Source: Mycobacterium leprae TN
Lineage (GTDB): Bacteria; Actinomycetota; Actinomycetes; Mycobacteriales; Mycobacteriaceae
DNA length: 32,000 bases
Direction: 5' to 3'
Assembly (NCBI RefSeq): GCF_000195855.1
Contig: NC_002677.1
Location: forward strand, 3,210,001-3,242,000
Shown here: one piece after another, positions 12,311 to 20,313 of the stretch
How positions within the stretch are numbered: the stretch's first letter is position 1
Layout: the number at the start of each line of letters is the position of its first letter
Made by a program: the position numbers and the translations under genes
The notes under the pieces: model-generated
Database searches by the model: none
Seen by the model: the letters and a program-made list of their open reading frames with translations, nothing else
Told to the model about the DNA's origin: nothing

Positions 12311-12419
12311 CCCGGCACATACGTCATCGCTCCACCAGGACTCGTAGTCACAGAGGCAAGCGTGGCGAACTGTTACCACGCGCTGCGACGAGTTCGCTCT
12401 TGTGATGAGATCGGCGGCT

Positions 12420-15404
12420 ATGAACATCAAGGTCACGCTGGAGCACCGCACTAGCTACACCTTTAACCGGCTGGTCCAGGTGTGTCCGCATGTCGTTCGG
12501 GTACACCTGGCACCACACTCACGCCCGCCTATCGAGGCCCACTCGCTGCAGATCGAGCCAGCCGGCCACTTCATCAACTGTCAGCAAGACACGCTAGGCA
12601 ACGGCTTGACCCGACTGGTCTTGCCGAATCCTATGCGCCGACGGAGCATAGGATTCGGGCTCATCACCAACCTCAAGATGATCAGCCCGTTCGACTGCTA
12701 TATCGAAAACTGGGCCGAGACGTGGCCTGCCACGGCCAGGTCAGGACCGACATTCACCTATCCCGAAGCGCTAGCCGAGGACCTCAAGCCTTACCTGCGG
12801 CCCGTCGACGAAGCAGGCAACCGATTCGTCGACAATGAGCTAGTGTGGGCATGGATTCGCAACTTCCCGGTGCCAGATGGCATCCGAACCATCAACTTCA
12901 TCAACTTCCTGGTCGCGTTCAATCAAGCGATGAACGCCGAGGTCAGCGATATCGTGTGCATGGAACACGGTGTCCCGACAACGGATTTCACGCTGCGCAC
13001 CGGCATCAGCTCGTGTCGGGACTCGGCATGGTTATTGGTATCGATTTTATGGCAGATGAGATTAACCGCCTGGGTTGTGTCCAGCTCAGCTACCTCGTAC
13101 AACTGCCCTCCGATATCGAGGCACTCAACGAGCCATCGGGGCCTGCCACCGAATTCACCTACTTGCACGCCTGGACCGAAGTGTCCATCCCCTGTACGGG
13201 CAAAATCAGGCTGGACCCGATCTCGGGGCTGTTCGCCAACGAGGTCCGCATACCGTTGGCAACCACACCACATACTGCGTCGGCAGCGCCGACCAACGGC
13301 TCAACCGACCCGTGCGAAGCGGTGCTGGACTTCCCTAACATTGTCCACCCAGGTCCAAGAAGACCCGCACATCACGCTGCCTTACTCCGACGTGGCGTGG
13401 CACGCGATCTGCGCGATAGGCCAGCACGGCTACCAACGGCTGACCGTCGGCGGGAAGCCGACAGTCGTCTTGGTGAACATCCACCCGAACAAGGGCCGCA
13501 AAGAGTGGACGATGGTCGCCAAAAGCCCGTCTAAGCGCCAGCCGGCATCCGATCTTACTGCCCGGCTGAAGGCCGCCTGGGCGCCGCAGGGGCTGATCCA
13601 TTTCAGACAGGGCCAGTGGTATACGGGAGAGCCGTTGCCGCAATGGCAGATTACACTGTATTGGCGCACCAAAGGACAGCCACTATGGACCAACGATGCA
13701 CTGCTGACTGATACCTGGAAAGCCGGTCCAAGCGAACGAAACAAGACAACCCTTGAAGATAGCGAGCTAGCCCACAAGGTGCTAGCCCAGGCAGCTGACG
13801 GTCTCGGGTTACCACTCACACAAATGCGGGCAGCATACAAGGATACGCTGCGCCGTCTAGCAGCTAAAGTGCGGATTCCGAGCGGCGCCCCAGTGCAATT
13901 AAGTGACGACCGCGGCCCCACTACCCCGGACAGCGCCGTCAACCGTGTCGCACTGCTTACGCGTCTCGAGGAATCAGTCACCTTGCCGGACGCGTATATG
14001 CTGTCGCTGCACAGCCGTGACGACAACCTCAGCTGGGTCCAAGCAACCTTGCAGCTGCACCGCGGCTGCATTGTGCTGATCGAGGACGCTTCGCTGGCAG
14101 GCTTGCTGCTGCCGCTGGATTCGATCAGCTGGCCACGACCGCATGTGTCGTTTTACCTCGATCCGATGACCTTCTGGCGCGCGTGGTCGGCGGAACCCAA
14201 CACCGCCGCAGCTGTGCTCGAGAACCCCGACTCCGCACCGCCTACCGCGATGGTGGCCGAAATTCGCGGTGAGTTTCTGTCTATTTTCCTATCGCCTACC
14301 GAAACGCTCAAACACTTCGTCAGTCTAGTCTCCGGAGGCGAGACCGCTGCCGCGAACATTGGCTGCCCAGTCGTGATCGAGGGTTACGGGCTGCCGACGG
14401 ACCTGCGGCTGAAGTCGATGTGCGTCAAGCCAGGGCAAGTCGCGGCCGCTGCCAGCTTTGCTGCAGAACGCCAGCAGTTGGAAACCTTTTATGCACAGGC
14501 AGGAATGGCTCGGTTGTCGACGGAGTCGTTTGACGACAGCGGCGCACACGGCAGAACCGGCGGCAATAACCACATCACACTCGGCGACGTCACACCGCTA
14601 CGGCGTCACCCCGATCTGTTGGTCTCGCTGCTGACCTGCTGGCAACGACACCCTTCGCGATCCTACCGGTTTGCGGGGCAATTCGTTGGCCCCATATCGC
14701 AGGCACCGCAAGTTGACGAGGTGCGCGCGTTTCGGCACCTGGTTGTCGATATCACCGGTAACATCCACCACGCCGAGTTTTGCATCGACAAGCTTCACAG
14801 CCACGATAACACCCACGGCAGGCTCAGTCTGTTAGAGTTACGTGGCTTTGCGATGCCGCTGTACCTGCAAATGGTGATAGTGCGTTGGCTGCTGGTTCGC
14901 TCGCTGGTGGCGTGGTTTTGGGAGGAACCGCTGCGCGCCTCAGTGATACGCCACGGCACCAATCTGCACGGCCGATACCTGTTTCCCCACTTCGTTAGCC
15001 ATGATATGGCTGCCATAGCAACCAGCCTGCGTGAACACGGCCTCGCTTTCGAGACCAACTGGCTGTACCCGTTCATCGAATTCCGCTTACCGCGCCTCGG
15101 CACTTCTGTCTTCCACGGTGTGGAGATCGAGTTACGGAACGCGATCGAACCGTGGACTACGTTCGGCGAGAAGTCCACCGTAACCTCGCGCGGTGGCTGC
15201 ACTTATCACGCCAGCCACACCGGGTCAAAAGCAATCAACACTGGCAGCACCCTCGAAGCCCAGGCACGCTGGAGCCGTCGCTTTGAAGCCACCGGTTTCA
15301 TCCCAAGCAAAATTACTATGTCCTGCATCCGGAAAAGCAAGTCAGTATCTCCACCGACATCGACGCGCCTAGCATCCTCAACCTCAGACGCGTCCGCACC
15401 GTGA
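12420..15404 (+). pseudogene. Transglutaminase-like/DUF2126 protein (Rv2566-like): long ORF with compensated frameshifts and apparent deletions
   Basis: ORF 12402-15404 starts MNIKVTLEHRTSYTFNRLVQVCPHVVRVHLAPHSR, a bacterial transglutaminase N-domain, and has the catalytic Cys context SSCRDSAWLL and a C-terminal DUF2126 region (ASFAAERQQLETFYAQAG..., DITGNIHHAEFCIDK, GFAMPLYLQM). The expected transglutaminase core from about 13085 to 13350 is in another frame (ORF 12845-13534: YLVQLPSDIEALNEPSGPATEFTYLHAWTEVSIPCTGKIRLDPISGLFANEVRIPLA). Confidence 0.75.
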
Positions 15405-15427
15405 TACGGTATATGGTATCCACAGAA

Positions 15428-18082
15428 ATGGCACTGAGCAACAGTGCATCGTCCTCGGCGCGTTTCAATCACTCTGACGCCGACCGACTGCTAGACGGGT
15501 ACCGCGCCGCCCGCGCCCAGAAAGTTCTGTTCGACCTACACTCTGCCGGCACGGCCGGCCCGGGAATCGGCTACGATGAATTCGTCGACGACTCTGGCTA
15601 CGTGCGACCTAGCTGGACCGAGTTGGCGGATGCGATCGGCGGCCGAGGTCGGGCCGGACTGCATCAATTGCGTTCGGTGATGCACCGACTAATCTACAAC
15701 GATGGCATTACCTACACCGGGATCGACCCAGGAGCGCTCACCAATGACCACGGTGTGGTGCCGGGGCTCTGGCGGCTAGACTCGTTGCCGCTGTTGGTCT
15801 CTGCGACCGATTGGGAGGTATTAGAAGCCGGGCTGATTCAGCGCTCACGCCTACTCGATGCCGTACTCACAGACCTGTACGGGCCACGCCGCTTGCTAAC
15901 CGACGGCGTGCTGCCGCCAGAACTGCTGTTCGGCCACCCTGGCTACGTGCGTACCGACCACGGCATCGAGGTTCCTGGGCATCACCAGCTCTTCATGCAC
16001 GGCTGTGACCTCAGCCGGTTGCCAGACGGCGGGTTCCAGATCAACGCCGACTGGACGCAAGCGCCCTCGGGGGCCGGATATGCGCTGGCGGACCGACGTG
16101 TGGTCGCACAAGCACTTCCTGACCTCTACGAAACGATCGGGCCGCGACCGACTACACCGTTTGCTCAAGCACTGCGGTTGGCACTGATAGACGCAGCACC
16201 CGAGGTCGCTCAGGACCCAGTAGTTGTAGTGCTGAGCCCGGGAATTTACTCAGAAACCGCCTTCGATCAAGCGTATCTCGCAACTTTGCTGGGTTTCCAA
16301 CTGGTAGAAAGCTCGGATTTAGTGGTGTGCGACGGCAAGGTGTGGATGCGTTCCTTGGGCACACTTAAACGCGTCGACGTGGTACTGCGCCGCGTCGACG
16401 CGGACTATATGGACCCCCTGGATCTTCGTGCCGATTCGCTGTTAGGCGTGGCCGGTTTGGTGGAGGCACAACATCGCGGAACGGTGACCGTTGTTAACAC
16501 ACTAGGCAGCGGCATTCTAGAAAGCGCAGGGCTACTGCGGTTCTTGCCCCAACTCTCCGAGCGTTTACTCGGAGAAACCCTATTGCTGCCCAGCGCACCC
16601 GTCTACTGGGCAGGAATCGACAGCGAACGCTTGCACCTGCTGACGAATTTGTCGTCGCTATTAATCAAATCCACCGTAGGCGGAAAAACCATTGTAGGAC
16701 CATCACTTTCGTCCGGACAACTGACTGAAATGGCTGCTCGAATCGCAGCTAAGCCGTGGCAGTGGGTAGGCCAAGAACTGCCGCAATTCTCAACTGCACC
16801 CACAGATCATGATGGCGTGTTGTCACCGGCTAGCATCGGTATGCGAGTGTTCACGGTTGCCCAACGCAGCGGCTATGCACCGATGATCGGCGGTCTAGGG
16901 TATGCCCTGGCATCTGGAATTGATGCCTACTCTCTGAAAAAAGTTGCAGCAAAAGATATTTGGGTTCTTCCAACGGAGCGCGCACGCACCGAGGCGATAA
17001 CCCATTCATTATTGGAGTCGCCGCCAATGACGGGAACAGGCACCTTGGGGGTGAGCTCGCCGCGGGTACTGTCCGACCTGTTTTGGATGGGGCGCTATGG
17101 TGAGCGCGCCGAAAACATGGCACGGTTGCTCATTGTCACCCGCGAGCACTACCACGATTCCCGGCACCGCCAGAACACGGAAGAAAACGCGTGCTTGCCG
17201 GTGCTGATAGCGGCGCTTGGTAAGATCACCGGGACCGACACCGGATCCGGTGGTCAGGCTGACGTGATAGCCGTTGCGCCCTCGACATTGTGGTCGCTCA
17301 CTACCGACCGTAATCTGCCAGGGTCTCTGGTGCAGTCGGTGGACGGGCTAGTATTGGCAGCAAGAGCGGTGCGCGCCCAATTGTCCCGCGACACCTGGAT
17401 GGTGCTCAGTGAAGTAGAGCGCGCTATGGTGCACGAGACCGAGCCGCCGGAGTCGTTGGTCGAGGGCGACGCCCTGCTGGCGTCGGTGCAAGCACGGACA
17501 CTTGCTGGCATGCTGACACTGTCCGGATTAGCCGGTGAATCGATGGTGCGTGATATCGGCTGGACCATAATGGACATCGGAAAGCGCATCGAACGCGGGC
17601 TGGCGTTGACCGCCTTACTGCATGCCACGCTTACCGACGTCCGTAGCCCCGCGGCTGAGCACAGCATCATCGAGTCAATCCTGGTAATTTGTGAGTCATC
17701 GGTCATCTACCAGCGCCGCACGGTAAGCACGATCGATGTTGCCGTTGTCGCTGAGCTCATGCTGTTCGACGCGACGAACCCGCGGTCACTGGTGTATCAA
17801 CTGGATCGGTTACGCGTCGATCTCGCTGACCTTCCGGGCTCGTCGAGGTCATCACTCCCGGAGCGGATGGTGGCCGAGATGAGCACCCGGCTGCGCCGGT
17901 CCGCTCCCGCTCAGCTGAAAGAGGTCAGTGCCGACGGGCGCCGCTATGTGCTGGCTGAGCTACTCGCCGCGGTCGACACCGCGTTGCGTGACTTGGCCGA
18001 CGCGATCACCGCAACCCAATTGGCGGTGCCCTGCGGCATGCAACCACTATGGGGGCCTGACAATCGACAAACCATGTCGTAA
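15428..18082 (+). CDS. Circularly permuted ATP-grasp + alpha-E domain protein (Rv2567-like, DUF404/DUF407/DUF403); start codon uncertain
   Basis: Uninterrupted ORF (track 15401-18082, 893 aa). YDEFVDDSGYVRPSWTEL, DLYGPRRLLTDGVLPPELLFGHPGY, VVVLSPGIYSETAFDQAYLATLLGF and the alpha-E segment SPRVLSDLFWMGRYGERAENMARLL are family hallmarks. MALSNSASSS is a plausible start. Confidence 0.92.
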   Translation: MALSNSASSSARFNHSDADRLLDGYRAARAQKVLFDLHSAGTAGPGIGYDEFVDDSGYVRPSWTELADAIGGRGRAGLHQLRSVMHRLIYNDGITYTGIDPGALTNDHGVVPGLWRLDSLPLLVSATDWEVLEAGLIQRSRLLDAVLTDLYGPRRLLTDGVLPPELLFGHPGYVRTDHGIEVPGHHQLFMHGCDLSRLPDGGFQINADWTQAPSGAGYALADRRVVAQALPDLYETIGPRPTTPFAQALRLALIDAAPEVAQDPVVVVLSPGIYSETAFDQAYLATLLGFQLVESSDLVVCDGKVWMRSLGTLKRVDVVLRRVDADYMDPLDLRADSLLGVAGLVEAQHRGTVTVVNTLGSGILESAGLLRFLPQLSERLLGETLLLPSAPVYWAGIDSERLHLLTNLSSLLIKSTVGGKTIVGPSLSSGQLTEMAARIAAKPWQWVGQELPQFSTAPTDHDGVLSPASIGMRVFTVAQRSGYAPMIGGLGYALASGIDAYSLKKVAAKDIWVLPTERARTEAITHSLLESPPMTGTGTLGVSSPRVLSDLFWMGRYGERAENMARLLIVTREHYHDSRHRQNTEENACLPVLIAALGKITGTDTGSGGQADVIAVAPSTLWSLTTDRNLPGSLVQSVDGLVLAARAVRAQLSRDTWMVLSEVERAMVHETEPPESLVEGDALLASVQARTLAGMLTLSGLAGESMVRDIGWTIMDIGKRIERGLALTALLHATLTDVRSPAAEHSIIESILVICESSVIYQRRTVSTIDVAVVAELMLFDATNPRSLVYQLDRLRVDLADLPGSSRSSLPERMVAEMSTRLRRSAPAQLKEVSADGRRYVLAELLAAVDTALRDLADAITATQLAVPCGMQPLWGPDNRQTMS

Positions 18083-18204
18083 CCAGCATGCTCAACCAAA
18101 AGCTTTGGCCGCTAAGCAATCTCATCCCCTAGCTAAGAAGGGAGGCACCTGGTTAACCACAGCATTGGTCCTGGCCGGCAGCGACCCCGCGTACAGTTGC
18201 AAAA

Positions 18205-18407
18205 CCCCTCGCTGTGTGTGAGCTCCGGCCTGGACTCATCCAACAACGCGTTGCCAACATCAGTGAGTTGGATCGAGCAGCGGGACCGATCGATGAGATT
18301 CTTTTCAGGTGGCGTTCCAGCTTTCGAATCTGCTGGCTCAGCGGTGGTTGGGTGGTGTGGAGTCGCCCGGCGACCGCGGTTACGGAGTAACGCAACTCTG
18401 GATCTTT
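18205..18407 (-). pseudogene. Fragment of a LysR-family transcriptional regulator
   Basis: MKDPELRYSVTAVAGRLHTTQPPLSQQIRKLERHLKR in one minus frame continues as LIDRSRCSIQLTDVGNALLDESRPELTHSEG in another. This is the typical LysR N-terminus with a frameshift and an apparent internal loss. Confidence 0.8.
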
Positions 18408-18556
18408 CATAGAAAGGATATAATAAAGTGTACAGATATGTCTTAGACAGTGATGGTGTGGCAAAATTAATTTTCACAACGAGGCTAGATCTACTGAGAA
18501 AGGCATCCAGTAACCGCTACGACCACTAAAGAGCTCGATCTCGTCAAAGTATTACT

Positions 18557-19126
18557 GTGACCAATAGCGATGACTTGTCGGTGGTGCTAACTACGTCGGA
18601 GCACGTCGCTGCGGCCTTGGAGATATTTGGCCGGAGACCCAAAAGAACTAGTGGCGCGCATTTCACCACGATGGGCAACCGGACGGGTGAGTTGCTGGCC
18701 GTCAACATGGTACTTGCAATTTGCAAGCCCGAATATGTACCGGTATTGTGGAGGTCCGTTCTTGTACTTACCGATGCTCGGTTCAATTGTAACACCATTA
18801 AGGCTACCACTCATGTCGTCGCACATCTAGTTGTGGTCAATGGCGCCGTAGTCCGCTGGATTGGGATGAACGCTGGCGGCAACGTGGTTGGTTCGGGTAA
18901 TTGTTCCAGCGCCACCATCGGCCGCGCGCTTCGACTGATCTTGCTCATCGTAGGCGGAGGCATTCCGACTAAATTTGACAAGAGCACCCTCGACACACAT
19001 TCTACAGCTCCGAGAACGAAGAGATTAACCCGCGGACGCCGTATCGCGTCGAACATCGACGTACAGCACCCGGCGGTGATAGATGCCGAGGCACCGCAGA
19101 GCGTGAGCAAAGTACATTTCGGATGA
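18557..19126 (+). pseudogene. Degenerate conserved hypothetical protein (UGSC-like family suspected)
   Basis: LLAVNMVLAICKPEYVPVLWRSVLVLTDARFNCNTIKATTHVVAHLVVVNGAVVRWIGMNAGGNVVGSGNCSSATIGRALRLILLIVGGG resembles the family pattern AxNAVMAGCRPEYxPV...ATIGRAxRLxLxNxGG. The continuation TFYSSENEEINPRTPYRVEHRR is in another frame. Confidence 0.5.
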
Positions 19127-20313
19127 CTCCCAAGGAATATTGCGTTTCATTGTCTCGGCACCGAGCATCATCGCGTCCTTCGGTTGGTCCCACGACGAAG
19201 TTCGTAGCTACCTGTGGCTCAACGGCACCAGCGAATGGGACGACGTCAGTTACGACAATCGTTATGTCCTTCTCGAAGGACGCACCTATAATCACAATAT
19301 TACGAAGATGATGTACGACGCAAGTTTAGCAGACAAGTGTCAATCGTCTTTATTCCTTACGATATACATCTGTTCGCGGTTAACAGAGCCGCTGGTCGAT
19401 ACTCGGCGTTCCTGCCGAGGTGGATGTATCGCGACCACACCGGTACTGCGCGCCATTAAAGATAACCAAAAAAATTGTTACCAGCAGCGTGGTAATCCAC
19501 GAACTTACCTGCTTTAACGGCACCTGCCAGTTCTAATATCCACCCATGAAATAGAGTGACAGATGACAGATGTTATCTAGCACCTCTGCGGCGTAATCGA
19601 GATAGCAACCACCTCTGCGACGTCCTGCTCCTACAGCACCAGGGGTCTATGCCTTGGGAGTACTGAAACATCAAGCGGAATGTACTCTCCTTCTTCCGAC
19701 GGCTGTTTGTTGTGTATTGTCCCGCTCGAGCGGGCTTCTATCTGCACCGCACTTCTTATGCACACCGCAGATTTGACGCGTATAATCCACTGAATACACC
19801 TGTTGTCAGCATACGATGTTGCAACTCATTTTTCGTAGAAGTGTCGTAGTCATTGGATCGAATGATCAACTATAGATATAGAATTCTGAATATGCGAGAT
19901 CGATAACCTTTGATTATCGGTAATAATCTTGCATCTGCATGACTTTAGTCAAGAGTGGGATTATAGTTATTTTCGCTATACGTAAAGAAGAGTGCACTGG
20001 GCGGCAATAATCTGTTACGCGGTGCGTTGCATAACTTTGCGGAAGGTTGTAGCGGTCTATCGGTTCCTCTCTTCGACTGAGAGCTCGTCTGTCTTGAAAT
20101 TTAAATTATAGTGACTGTAAGGTTTAAAACACGCCCTTGAGGAAACCGGTTGAATAGGTTCTGTTAGCTCGGCACGGCGTTGTGATACTCTTCGTTAACC
20201 ATGATCCATCCTAATATGTCAATAATACTATTTATCTTATCTAGACTAATTAGGTTGCCAACAGATCACTGCACTTTTGTCAATCTTCGCGGCACCTCGA
20301 CAACTGATGTCCA

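Noticed and set aside
13430-14071. 213-codon minus ORF inside the transglutaminase/DUF2126 ORF
   Set aside because: It is antisense to clear family homology on the plus strand, with no recognisable domain.
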